A DNA stretch of 64,000 nt. Origin: Corallochytrium limacisporum Hawaii (Eukaryota > Protista > Pluriformea). The DNA lies in the NCBI GenBank assembly GCA_002811645.1, contig PDIP01000032.1, positions 277,213-341,212 on the forward strand. Reading direction: 5' to 3'. This document shows positions 42,701-53,600 of the stretch, in pieces (the first letter of the stretch is position 1; each line of letters opens with the position of its first letter). A program made the position numbers and the translations under genes. Below the pieces are notes generated by a model that saw only the letters and a list, made by a program, of their open reading frames with translations, did no database searches and was not told where the DNA came from.

Positions 42701-43223
42701 TCCTCCACCGCCACCTCCTCCTGCGGCTATGTCCCATGCCAGTCGTGGTGCTGCCCTCATGCGTAGTCGCCAAACTGAAACGGTCACACATGCCCTAGGG
42801 GTACTCACAGACTCAGTGGCCGCTGCTGCTGAGGCACTGGTTCGGCACATTGCCATGGAACTGCCCCGTGAGGAAGACCTCAATAGCTCTGTAGACTCTG
42901 CCAACAAGGAGAAGGCCAAGAGGAAGCATGGAGATGTTGTGCGTAGTGCGGCCCTTTGGCTCATGTTTGGCTGCAAGTTCATAACGAAATGTTTCCAGCA
43001 TGTGCGTATGAACGACCAGGCCAACAAGCGGATGCGGGCGTTGCTTCTATTGCTGCAGGAGCTTGAATCTGACATGCCGTGGGCTGATGGGGAGAGCAGT
43101 AGCGAGGAAGAGGACGAGTTTGATGAGAACGGAGCCGGTGAAAGTGGGGTCCAAAGCAGCGAGAGTCCCCGCAGTGCCGAGTCCAGCTTTGGGGACGAGA
43201 ATGCCCAACCCATGCAATTCTAG
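39753..43223 (+). CDS. 1156-aa orphan with FH1-like polyproline tract and a helical domain resembling plant CHUP1 C-terminus (putative actin regulator)
   Basis: Uninterrupted 3.4-kb ORF. Polyproline runs at about 42490-42725. Acidic C-terminal tail. The CHUP1 resemblance is a by-eye inference. Confidence 0.85.
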   Translation: MSTVQQRPKAATRARENAQASPGGRQPQSTKQQQNGMLKSMWNGFLDSMAAAFEELFDDDEYIPVQPRLGGPSEVGSAGRPRTRQQRNLLSVSSPSNPDKDYFSFQSAPIEWERKGAIPRDGSYRTEPPTSQAINTERHKRDALRPLTENATAFHRKARDPDCSSERKTSICAPPSIPSPSTCTGTVKAICGPEETKAEAEKRRLEEGKRLVRAQPRESPPPSTSETVTLGARRLPAHGNLRHRSGGQLQTVAVEGEFGHLPALSPTGKKGKRFQTATEGDYKVPTGPRNKTPLTLTETQLKALRIAKSADLKAFAKSLEKRQVLRIAKTLTEAEDEDLAKLASPQKGSGRTNRFVRPSKKVMLYLESQNKPYLPNIYDLIMRTEGKSEKELEAFDWEAELLDLIGRDPSPGTIATILEHAPHLGKVLQSEDYGLRYGVGKESNRTSAGASSEDPEGVMKDPPKSHVLGHGYDPLGVALVATKLDLDGVDDDAEGDTVESTTAKEEDDESLHAHSEEDSGSLASAQESSSASARKSMVAKLVAGYSFDSLADEGELQDINHDQLLTDLNSRLRGRMSFTPKPRGHKKKSTISSKKKVVAIEPGMLSETFDDLDSKMQKWAEIGAKGMKVPVEQFLKTANKRRRGFIADFSSFPKSLSGHSVDDLHNLCEAFLESSKWFPGGNREIRCLILDYEAVESKMDLVMEYLQVRSSFDTLTDWMEYHEAHDLDSDSTLARSNNSASMRSSGTNSGYGELTLTQLGKAQEELLSKWGDVTKTRGKKFAPSGLTFSDEDYENAKRIGIFIIHNIANLQAKLAASLEVNGETEAACLRSKSLRFDVWNQLKKVKEVASTANLNSDDIIDDVCMTTREYLRLHGNEYRCVIAKSARGIVVAHFEEILKLLNLVGELSVVKQHQPPPAPSGIIMRAAAPIGQTGGPPPPPPMPVKLPGLAAVSPKTAPPCPPPPPPPPPPLPGTPQAKGAPNAPPPPPPPAAMSHASRGAALMRSRQTETVTHALGVLTDSVAAAAEALVRHIAMELPREEDLNSSVDSANKEKAKRKHGDVVRSAALWLMFGCKFITKCFQHVRMNDQANKRMRALLLLLQELESDMPWADGESSSEEEDEFDENGAGESGVQSSESPRSAESSFGDENAQPMQF

Positions 43224-43587
43224 AAAGAAAATTTTCATTTGATAAATTACCATACATAATGCCGTCATCGTTTGTATACCCGGGTGGACTCCTAGTTTGT
43301 TGTTGGCTGCCTGTCAAGCCTGATAAAGGCATTTAATATTTTGTTGAAACGTGATAACGATAAGGAGAGCTACGATTTGCTGCGGGAGGCACAGTAATCC
43401 CGCGTCTGGCTTTTGTGATTTGCGTTTTTTAGCTTTTGCGGGTTTTTTTGTCAGTGTTTTCTTTTAGCATTTTTCTGGACTGTCCAGGCGGATATGATTA
43501 CTTCACTGTTAAAGTGCAGTCGTCAAAAGAGCTTGAACACAAAGGCAGCAAAAATATTGGAAAAAGAGGTGTCGTGATCCCTGTTAC

Positions 43588-43962
43588 TCACAGCAAGAGA
43601 GACACATTCTCCTCGTTGGCGTCAGGGGCCAAGTTCGGCAGGATGGACGCCTCAGAGCTGAACCTGCGCAGAGAGGCAGCAAAGTAGCCGTCACCAAACA
43701 AGGATGCGCGGCGCTGGGTGGTGTTGTCGGGAGAAGATCCCAGAGAGGCCAACGACTCCTGCTTTTGCAGATTGGGCTGGTGCATGGCCTCATGCATATC
43801 ACTGGCCGAGGAACGCAGTGGTTCCGTCTCACCGGGCTTGACGTTTCTCTTGACGCCGAACATCATTTCGTTAAGGGAGCCAAGAGCAGAAGGTTCGGAA
43901 GAGGTGGAATCAGAGCGCTGCCTGGACATGATTGTTTTCAAAACGGGTGCGTCCTGGGTCAT
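43588..43962 (-). CDS. Hypothetical 124-aa disordered protein with basophilic kinase sites
   Basis: ATG start, convergent with the neighbouring gene. Motifs RQRSDS, LQKQES, RRAS, RRFS. No known domain. Confidence 0.55.
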   Translation of the reverse strand: MTQDAPVLKTIMSRQRSDSTSSEPSALGSLNEMMFGVKRNVKPGETEPLRSSASDMHEAMHQPNLQKQESLASLGSSPDNTTQRRASLFGDGYFAASLRRFSSEASILPNLAPDANEENVSLLL

Positions 43963-46626
43963 TCACAACGATAAAAATCCTATTGAGATGGAGACAGGAC
44001 CTCGAAAGGCTTTGAGTTTGAAGTAGTCACCAAAGGGAAAGTTGACTTCAGTGGGTGGTGCAAGATCTAGAGTTGTTTCCTGTGTGATCGCTATTCTGGG
44101 TGCTGAAAGCCGAGAACATAGATCCTCTACCGGCAAGTTGGTTGAATTCGTATAAGTTTTGACTACCTTGTACCTTTGTTCCCACCTGGAAGGACAGAGC
44201 ACGTATACTTGCATGGGGGTCCACCTGTTGACCAAGGTAACACGCTCCAAGGTGGCGTCCTACTGGTGCGGTGCATGTTTACCCTTTTGCCCCGCTATTT
44301 GTAGCGGAGCTCGGATCAGTCAAAGACTCTGGAGTACAAACCGTCTTCTGTTGTTTGACCTGCGTAGAGTCCGTACTGGCAAAATTTGCGGGTTAGCCGG
44401 GGCGGAGGTCAAGTTCCATCTGGCACCAGAGGCCAAGGCCCTGCGCAGCGGCACCCCCTCAAAATTGACCGCAAACTCCTGCTTCCCCTGCGACGCATAC
44501 CCGTCCGACTTCGAACCATACCCTGCAAAGTAATATCAAATATATTAACATCTTTCCGTGCCAGTTTGCATCTTGCTCCAAATCGTGGTCCTGTTCTGCA
44601 GCTCTGATGTTCCTGTCGTCTGCAGCTTTTTGTCGGCCGCTGCAACGAGCAACACCCCCCTCCTCTTCCCCCTTGGTCCAGAAATTAAAAGGAGAGTAAT
44701 TTCCAAAAGGCAAAGCGAAAGGGCCGGGCACAATAAAGCCAAAGGAGAAGAGAGACCCGGCCCATAGTGGCTGGCTCGCCCCGGAACCATTTCAGAGCGA
44801 CTCGGGCGGGAGAGGCTTGAGTGCCCAAAAAAATAAGCGCTCGGTGACTGGAAAATTGCGCAGATGGCCGCCACCCCCCCGGTTTTCTGTGCTCCTACGG
44901 CAAACAAAAAGACATTTAAGAACGGACGACTGCAGACCCGCCTCGCAGTGCGTGTGTACCCGGAGGGGGTGGGGGGCCCCAACCGCCATCGGTGGCTGCT
45001 GGCCTGCGGGGGAAAAGACCTTGAGGCTCCCTCTCCCCCCCCCCTTTGGAGTTTGAGAGAGACAAGGGAGGAGAAAGAAGGGGAGAACCCGGGAGAAAAC
45101 CGAGACAGACGGAAGCTATTTTTGGATCCCATTGGGTACCGTTGCACTTTCTATACTAAACCTTCCTGTGTTTTGGCATGGTTCACAGTGGATGTGTTGC
45201 AGCGGACAGTTCGTGTTCCTTTTTGTTCGGTTTTGTCGCTTGCATGTCCGGAAGAGTTAGAGGGATTGGCACGGCTGCTGCTGGTCACTGCCCGGTTATA
45301 TTCATCCGTACCACCGCGTCCGTACGGTCGATGGACATTCAATTGATTGTCGATCGTTTACCCTGCTGTTGCATCTCCCGTCGCTCCCAGGAAAGGGCGG
45401 TAGCTGCTGATGAAGCTGATTGTATGTTTTGAGTCGATACCTTACCAAATTGCTGACCCATGACACATACAAGTGGAAGAGAATTTAAAAAACTTGATGA
45501 GGTGGGATAGTAACGGACAGTGTGGCGGCCATCTCGTAGTGCTCCGTATTAACAGTTTGACTCCATCATGTGCAGGGGATATCCGATTCACCATTCTGTG
45601 ACCAAGTTGTACGGCAATGATTACAGGTACAGGGGAATACCAAGTCTTATCCAGGAACCGCACACCCTCCCCACACAACCATATCATTTTGTCCACTACC
45701 ATCACCACCGACCATCATCAGTCACATGCATGAAGCTGAGTCTCTCTTGCATCCCATCCCTATAGGCTGTAGATGAAGCTGATTCTTGCAAACTCTCGAA
45801 ATTTCCAGAATGGTGTGGGTGTGTCCCATGGAGTGGCTGATGCCATAGTCGCTGGTGATGGCATTGGGGATTACAACACGTACAGCCCCCCTTTCGTCTC
45901 CGCCAGAAAAGGAATCCTCCCTTCCGGCTGCAAAACTGAATACGTTCACTACTGACTAAGCTGTAAGTCGGCCACAGAGAGAGAGAGTGTGTGTGTGACG
46001 GACGGAGAGGGGACAGGGACGAGGGGTCCGGGAAAAGGGGGGGGGGTGCAAAGGTAACAATTCGGTGAGAAGGAATTGAGCTGGATGTTCACAGCTTCAG
46101 CGCAATATCAGTACGCAATAGAATTGGGGTTCACGATGTTTCTAGTGTCGGGCGTACACCAGGGTTTTGGTGGGGGGTTCCGCAACACATCCGACATAAG
46201 GCATATGATGCAGTGGAGAGATAGATGGGCAAGATAGCGTTGGCTGCGAGGTTGCTGGCTTTGGGTCGTCCGTGCTTTGGGGTTAGACTTCTGGGTTGTT
46301 GTGCTTGAGGGCCATGCAATCTATCGTCGCCCATACGAAACCGTAGGAACTACGAACTGCCAGGGATGATGATGATGATGTCGACAGCAAGTACAGATTG
46401 ATTGCTCTAAGCAGCCTTTCTGCTCTTGGCGCTCACATTTCACAATTGGAATGCATACACGGGGCACAGCCATGAGCAAATGGGTATGACATATTGAGCA
46501 GGTCTACAGTGAGGGCTTTGGTGCCTACGATTAAGTATGATTCGCTTCTATTTGCATGAACATAGGTAAGTTGAAGGGACAGTCACAAAAAAAGGAACCC
46601 GCCTTCACTATTTCGAAATTGATGCG

Positions 46627-47736
46627 TCAATCAGCAGTCGTGGGCGGGGGCACAAACCATTCTCTCCGGTCCGCTGTCAGGGTCGGCACAACGTCGGCCC
46701 AACGTTCCAGTTCCCCTATGACATCTGACACATCTGAGACACGCGGTGCGGTGCTAGCGCTGGAAAACATTCCTGCCGAGCTTGGTGTTGCAGTCGAGTC
46801 TGTGGCACGCATGCTCTTGGAGCTCTCCAGTGTACCGTCAGCTGCTGCGGAGCGCTTTGTGGATGACTCAAACATACGCCGCTCTTCAGCATCCTGCTCA
46901 AGGGCAAGATCTATCATGCGCCGCAGTGCCGGGACCACCGTACCCAAATGATACCCGAGGAGGAAGATACGAGCTAGGCAGACATAGTACATGTCCCGAA
47001 AGCCGTGTACGAAGTGCCGTTCATATTTGCCAATCAAACGAAGTCGGCAATAGGTCCCCACGCACTGTATTGGGCATCGTAGCTCAAACTTTTGAATCTC
47101 ATCTGTGTTATCACACGCAAACACCTCCGAAGCGGTTGTCCACTTCCCTGGCTCCGGGCCCACAAGGAGTTGGATATACTGGGGCGCATAACACACGCGA
47201 CTCTTCATAGCCACTATTGCTACTGAAGAGATTATGCTGCCCTCCACTACACGATAGTCAAGCCAATCCTCCGACTCGGCGGTAGTCCGGCCACGAGATC
47301 CAAAGAAGTAGAAATCACCCAATGTAAATTCGACGCCCTGGTCACGGTCCTTGGGCGAAGATCCGATTCCTTCACGTGCCAAACTGTACATGCCCTCAGG
47401 GCCTCTCAACACGAACATTTTGTACATTTCCCGATACGCAAGATAGCTGTCGTTCTTCTGGCTGCGGGCTAGGAAAAGATCCCGTCTCAACTCTGGAAAC
47501 GGCAAGGGATTGACCCATGACTCTGAACTAGCATCTTTGCCTGGCCCAAAGTCTCGCTTAAGATAGTATTCCCAGAGGATTGGATCCATGGCAATCTTGT
47601 TCCAACATTTGCTAGCCCTGGCAACCTGGCAAATTTCATATGGATCAAGGTGCGTCAGAATTAAGCGCCACACCTCTATGGGCAGATGGTGGCAAGGATC
47701 GCGTAGTCCAGCTGTATGTTCTGTTTCACCGATCAT
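46627..47736 (-). CDS. F-box protein with C-terminal beta-sandwich resembling the plant At4g00755 F-box family
   Basis: F-box LPIEVWRLILTHLDPYEICQVARASKCWNKIAMDPILW. C-terminal SEVFACDNTDEIQKFELRCPIQCVGTYCRLRLIG...YYVCLARIFLLG. Confidence 0.88.
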   Translation of the reverse strand: MIGETEHTAGLRDPCHHLPIEVWRLILTHLDPYEICQVARASKCWNKIAMDPILWEYYLKRDFGPGKDASSESWVNPLPFPELRRDLFLARSQKNDSYLAYREMYKMFVLRGPEGMYSLAREGIGSSPKDRDQGVEFTLGDFYFFGSRGRTTAESEDWLDYRVVEGSIISSVAIVAMKSRVCYAPQYIQLLVGPEPGKWTTASEVFACDNTDEIQKFELRCPIQCVGTYCRLRLIGKYERHFVHGFRDMYYVCLARIFLLGYHLGTVVPALRRMIDLALEQDAEERRMFESSTKRSAAADGTLESSKSMRATDSTATPSSAGMFSSASTAPRVSDVSDVIGELERWADVVPTLTADRREWFVPPPTTAD

Positions 47737-48296
47737 TTTGACGAATTTTGTTTTGTCAGAAGGCCCATTATGTTTTGGTAACTAGAAATCAAACTCTGCC
47801 ATGTGGTTTCCCTCATCTTCTTGAACAGATCTGCTTCACATGGCACCCATCTTTAGAACGTTTCACTCGTGGGTGTAACTCGCCTCAATTCACTCGAGAC
47901 CTGGGCATATCAAAGAGCTCCCAGGGATTTTAAACAAAGAAAACAAAACACAACCGTCAATGTGTCAGTGTAAAAAATCTTCACAGAATGTCCCCAAATA
48001 CCTCCACCCGCTCCAATAGCGCTCTCCCTTGTTTGGCCAAAGATTGATGCCCCCGCTCCTGAGACTGGCTGTTGGGTCCCGGAGCCTGAGGGGAGTGGGA
48101 GCGGACTACTTGATGAATCACTTTGGCACGGGAGGAAAAGTGAGAGGGAGCTGAACCGGGGAGGGGTTATAGAGAGGGAACTTAGGGAACACCGGAGCAA
48201 GTGGTTGAATTGATAAAACTCTCATGGCCACCACTGATGTAACCATGTGATAATGTACGCTTATATAGTGACTTGACTTAATGCATCTAATGACCA

Positions 48297-50669
48297 CTAA
48301 ATACCCTGTTGGCTGTGTTGTTGAGCGTAACTTGTATAAAATGCCAGGCTCTGCTGACTGATGCGAGGGGTGACTTCTGTGAGCGCCCGTGTGAAGTGGG
48401 CGTTGGTGACGTGCTGCGCCTGGTTGTCCTCCGCAACGGCCTGGAGACAGGCTTCGCGGCAGATGGCCGCAATTTCTGCACCGGAGTAGCCAGCAGTGTT
48501 ATCTGCAAGGGCGCTAATGTCAACATCCTCTGCCAGCGGAACTTTGGAAGTGTGTATACGCAAAATCTCACGACGGGCTTCCTCGTCAGGTAGACCAATA
48601 TACATGATCCGATCCATGCGGCCCGGTCGAAGCAAAGCAGGGTCAATGTAATCTGGTCGGTTTGTTGCTGCAATAACCGTAACGGTACTGTCCAGTCCAT
48701 CCTGACCAGCTGCTGTTGTTCCCAGGCCATCAAGTTCTACCAGGAGCTGACTGAGGACACGATCTCCAACCGTGGTACCGCCTTGGCCACCACTGCCGCT
48801 ACCTCTCTTCATACTGATAGCATCAATTTCATCAAAGAAAATGACACAGGGTGCTGCTTGGCGAGCTTTGCGAAAAAGGGAAGCCACTGCTTTCTCACTT
48901 TCACCGACCCACTTGCTGAAGAGCTCCGGACCACGCACAGGCAGAAAGTTTACATTCATTTCGGATGCAAGCGCACGCGCAATCATGGTCTTGGAGCATC
49001 CTGGTGGGCCGTACAAAAGAATGCCTTTTGGCGGGCGCAAATTCAGTCGGCGAAAGGCGTCCGCATGCTGTCGAGGCCATTCAATGGCCTCTTGCAGTCT
49101 TTGTTTCACTTCCGTTTGGCCACCGATATCGTCCCATTTCAGTTTCGGAATCTGGACATCAAAGGTACGTAGCAGACTGGGTTTGACGTACCGCAGCGCC
49201 ACATCAAAATCGTTCCGGATCAGATTCGCGTTCTGTTCGCCATTTTTGTCCTTCGTATAGCGTTGTCGAGTAAGGGCTTGCAGAGCAGCCTCCCTGGTCC
49301 AATTGACCAAATCGGCACCAACCATACCCATGCTATTCTCTGCAAGGTACCGAAGATCGACATCCTCAAGCAAGTGAGGGATGCCCTTAATGATACTGCG
49401 CAAGATGGCTACCCTTGCCTTCTCTGTTGGCACACCAATTTCAATCTCAACGTCGATGCGACCAGGTCTCCTTATTGCTGGGTCCAAGCTGCCCACATGA
49501 TTCGTTGCCGCAACGATAAAGACAGGTTTGAAGGCATTCGAATTCGTTTGGTTGGCAAGGCCGTCCATGAGAGTCAATAAAGCGGTCACCACTCTCCGCT
49601 CTCCTTCTGTACCAGCCTTCCTTCGATCCGGGGCCAGACTGTCAATTTCGTCTATGAAAATCAAAGTAGGAGCTTTCTGTTCTGCAATTTTGAAAAGGTC
49701 TCGCAGCTTTTGATCCGCTTCATCACGGAACCGTGATGCGATTTCACTTCCGACAATGGTCATGAAATGCACCGGGGGCAAAGAGGATCCTTCTCTGCCA
49801 CTCTTCAATTCTTCGAAACATGCACGGACCATCATGGTTTTTCCCGTTCCCGGTGGTCCATACAAAAGGACTCCTTTGGGAGGTTGAATGCCATTGGCCA
49901 AGAACAGATCAAATCGCTGCAAGGGCAAAAAGATATTCTCCTTCAGTACATCGATCTCTCGGTCAAGACCTCCGATTCGGTCAAATGATGATGTCGACTC
50001 CATACTCTTCACGTTAGAGAAAGTTTCAGCCGCACTCATTACATTAATTCGAGTTCCTTGGTCAATAACAAATACCGGCTTCTTCTTCTGTTTCTTCTTC
50101 TTGTCTTCGTCCACGTCAAGCTTCTCTCCCATTTGTGCTGCAAGGTGAGCTACGTCGTCTTCCGGGTCGTCCTGTATCGGAGAGTGGAAGGTAAAGCGGA
50201 TTAATTTGCCATAGATATCCAGCACTGTTGTCATGCCATCAAGAAACAGTGTGCGGTCCAAGAGCAAATAAAGATCTGTGGACAAAACCTGAAGCTCTGC
50301 CTGTTGAAGCGGAGTGTGTACTGCCACCGTCACGCTTTTCGTTCTGAATATGTCCTCTTCAGGTAGATTGTGTAGTCTACATGCGGCTCCCTGGCATAGC
50401 CCCATTCCTTGCGATATTTGGAGTGGAATGACAATCTCATTAACTGCCAGCGACCGCAATGGCCATGCTAGAAAGCAGTGCTTGCCGATAAACGAGACCG
50501 CTTCGTGAGTGCCGTTCCCGTCTGATCCGCCTTTGCAAACCAGGACAGGAGATCCTGGCCGCCACCGCTTCTTTTTCATCAATTCAGGCGCAACATACGC
50601 AACGTATGGATGTACGCCCTTCTGTCTGCCTTTGGCATGGTGACAAATGTAGATCTCTTCGCCAGGCAT
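48297..50669 (-). CDS. AFG2: AAA+ ATPase AFG2/Drg1/SPATA5 (60S ribosome maturation)
   Basis: Two AAA domains: GPPGTGKT with FIDE, and GPPGCSKT (typical of AFG2) with FFDE. Also GPELFSKWVGESE and the SRH DPALLRPGR. Confidence 0.93.
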   Translation of the reverse strand: MPGEEIYICHHAKGRQKGVHPYVAYVAPELMKKKRWRPGSPVLVCKGGSDGNGTHEAVSFIGKHCFLAWPLRSLAVNEIVIPLQISQGMGLCQGAACRLHNLPEEDIFRTKSVTVAVHTPLQQAELQVLSTDLYLLLDRTLFLDGMTTVLDIYGKLIRFTFHSPIQDDPEDDVAHLAAQMGEKLDVDEDKKKKQKKKPVFVIDQGTRINVMSAAETFSNVKSMESTSSFDRIGGLDREIDVLKENIFLPLQRFDLFLANGIQPPKGVLLYGPPGTGKTMMVRACFEELKSGREGSSLPPVHFMTIVGSEIASRFRDEADQKLRDLFKIAEQKAPTLIFIDEIDSLAPDRRKAGTEGERRVVTALLTLMDGLANQTNSNAFKPVFIVAATNHVGSLDPAIRRPGRIDVEIEIGVPTEKARVAILRSIIKGIPHLLEDVDLRYLAENSMGMVGADLVNWTREAALQALTRQRYTKDKNGEQNANLIRNDFDVALRYVKPSLLRTFDVQIPKLKWDDIGGQTEVKQRLQEAIEWPRQHADAFRRLNLRPPKGILLYGPPGCSKTMIARALASEMNVNFLPVRGPELFSKWVGESEKAVASLFRKARQAAPCVIFFDEIDAISMKRGSGSGGQGGTTVGDRVLSQLLVELDGLGTTAAGQDGLDSTVTVIAATNRPDYIDPALLRPGRMDRIMYIGLPDEEARREILRIHTSKVPLAEDVDISALADNTAGYSGAEIAAICREACLQAVAEDNQAQHVTNAHFTRALTEVTPRISQQSLAFYTSYAQQHSQQGI

Positions 50670-53600
50670 GTTTCCTGGCTATCGGCTTCATTTCACGATC
50701 CGACTCCCATTTTGTGATCGACTACAACTCACTTGCTGACTCAAGTGTCCACGTCCTATGTCTCCCATATACACATATGCAAGTTACATGCATGAACACA
50801 CATACACACACACACACATACGACTTTGACGTTAGTCTGTACCCAAGCGTCCTTAAGCACCAGGCGGCAGCAATTTCAGCCACCCTGCCCCAACTCCGTC
50901 TCCCTCTCCCAGAGCGCCAACCGTCCCACAGCGGCTCAAAAAAATCTGATTGCTAATCAAAAATCAATTCACATGTCACCGAAATGATTGCGCTGGTGCT
51001 GGAGTCGAACGAACATTCAGATGCTCATGAGCAGCCTTCATGACTGTGGATCGTGTCCGGTACGCTGTTCCATTTGGGCTACAGTCCTGGTGTGCCATAC
51101 ATAAGTTACGATGGCAGCGTAGGCTACACTTTCAGGATACGATTCCCTTCTAACAGGCTGAACGATGAGTGCTCATCTAAAGTGATCGCCTGCGCTGCTG
51201 CAATGATGCTCGTGAGCTCTCGTTGGCGACCCCAGTGGTGGCACCATGGACAGATCAATTGCTCTTTACCATTACAGGGTGCGCCCTGCACAGAAAATTT
51301 CGATATTAAATGTATTGCAACGAAATAGTATTAAAGGAGAATCATTCTTGGAGGACGCGGCCACACACAATTTCTTTCTTCGGGGCACATTGGGAGTCGG
51401 CTATTATACCATGAACAATTTACAGCAGAAGTAGAGTATCATGGAGTGTGTACCTTAAACTCTCCGATGGTATGCCCCTGACTACACGGCAACAGTAAGA
51501 CGCTATAGGAACACGACACTATCCCTGTATGCTATCCTGTACAGATGAGCGATCATGACCACCATCTTCAGCGCCATCAACAGCGTCATGTACTTACCCT
51601 CGAAGGGTGCTCGAGCTCTAACCGCGGGACCTTCTTTCGATTGGCCAACTTTAATGGGCATTCCTCTCTTATTACCCCCGCCTTTTTGTATGGAAACGAT
51701 CCATTTGCCACCGCTGCTGGGTTTTTCTTATTACACTCCGCCATAGAATTCCTGCGTAAGTTTACACGCCAGACAAGTGAAACGACTGGTTGCCGTCGGG
51801 TAACCGTTAGTATGATGAGTACTATTCTACCTGGAACGCTAGAGCATATCGGAGATGAATGAGTGTATCTTTTGCGCGGCGCCGGCGGTCTTGCGCGACG
51901 GTTCGGCTTGTTGGCTACCTGCCTGTTCGGGGATGTACTAAGACCTTTAGGAGCATAGGCCTCTCAGCCACGGATAACGTACGTGCAGAATCCAGTGCCT
52001 TATCACAAAATCGGCGGTGCTCTGCTCAGTATCGCTGACAATCTTTGTATCCCCGGTTGATTGTGTACTGGAAGTATGGTCGAGAAAACAAATCCGCAAG
52101 GACCCTGGGCCTGTTTCGTTCCTGTGCTTTGACCGCGATGTTGTGGGTGTGGATTAGCTGATGGTGAATTGGGATCATTGGCATATGGATCTGAGAGGAC
52201 AAATAGAGTTCCTCACTTACTCAATAAGGAGTCGTGGGTGTGCAACGCTTACAGCATAGATTCTCTGCACAATAAATTTTCCTGCGTTGGTGTGTATGCC
52301 AATGTGTCAATCTTAGCGGCACGTTTCAGATCTTTCGGTGTATTCTACTGATTTGATGGATGACGGCGAATGATGAACAACTACCTAGCTTGTTGATCCT
52401 TCATTACTAGGCCAGCAGCACGGCAACCCCAGGCGCTGGCCCGCATGGATCTGCTTGTACTATCTATATACACGCAAAACCGTCCCAGCCTGCACCGCTG
52501 CTGCGTTCACTGTGGCTTTGCATACAGGCCACTTGTAGGCTTGTGCCAAGATCCCTGCTACGGGCATTTATTCCCGCTACGGCACAAAACTCTCACAAGT
52601 TGAGAGAACACAAAGCAAGGGGCATCTGGTGCTCCACGCACCCTCAAAAAGAAGATTCATACTGAAAGTACTGGAGTCGCTACCAAAACACCCACACACC
52701 AGCCACGGGGCCTTCTCGCTTGGAAAAAAAAATCTCTTCTGGGAAAAAACTCGTGTCAAGCCTATGAGCCAAACGATCCCTGTCAGGGGGGGCCTCGCTT
52801 CCCCATTTACCCCCTTTACCCCCCCGCCCCCGGGGGGGCCCTTGACTGGCGAGGTCTCCCGTTGTTCCAAACTTTTCCTGGCTTGCGGTATTGTCATAGT
52901 AGATCTACGGCGGGCCGCCGATTTCATCAGTCACTTTTACTATAGCATGAGAGTTGTTGCTGCCAGCACCTCAGTTTCATAGAGCTTCCTTTCTGTCCGC
53001 ACCGGGTAGACACCTCTCCTGCATCGGAACATTCAATAGCGGGTGGAAAGATCTTTTGTGTGACAATATTGTGAATTCCTTGCAGAAAAAAAATCCTTTC
53101 ATTCATTTAATTAGTGGATTAGCCAGAGGTTGAAATTTGTCGACTCTGCGGTGGGAGCAAAAAAACGCCTCAAGAGTTCTAGACGTTCGTCCGTCTCACA
53201 AGGGTCAAATCTGCCACTATAACCAATGAACCGCAACTGTGGACGGACGTTTGGACCGAAACCTAAGATCTAGTGCGTCAAGGATCGGAAGGATCGACTT
53301 CAATTTCACAGAATCTAGTTCCGTATACTGGCGGGAGGTTCGAAGCTTCTCAATAGTGAATGTACAGGATGCATACTGGGGCGGATCTTTGGAAACCGAC
53401 AAGTTTTATGTATGGACCCATTGGGTTCATTGGATTGAGGTCTGGATGCTGCATTCTTTTGCTTCGGACACCAAATTTTGCTCGTGTGGGGTAGCTTCCC
53501 CCAAGGGGCGGTTCAAGTGACCGCAGACCTCAGATTTCAATCTTGTACTAGTTTTCTCAAATCCTTTCAGAATGCCCTTTCACCCTGCTTGTTCTTCGCG

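Noticed and set aside
42490-43223. Canonical formin
   Set aside because: Only about 165 aa follow the proline tract, and no FH2 lasso or GNxMN motif is present.
51040-51150. Minus-strand YAAIVTYVWH, resembling the HET-domain YxALSYVWG motif
   Set aside because: The frame closes soon after, and no WxDxxCI motif follows.
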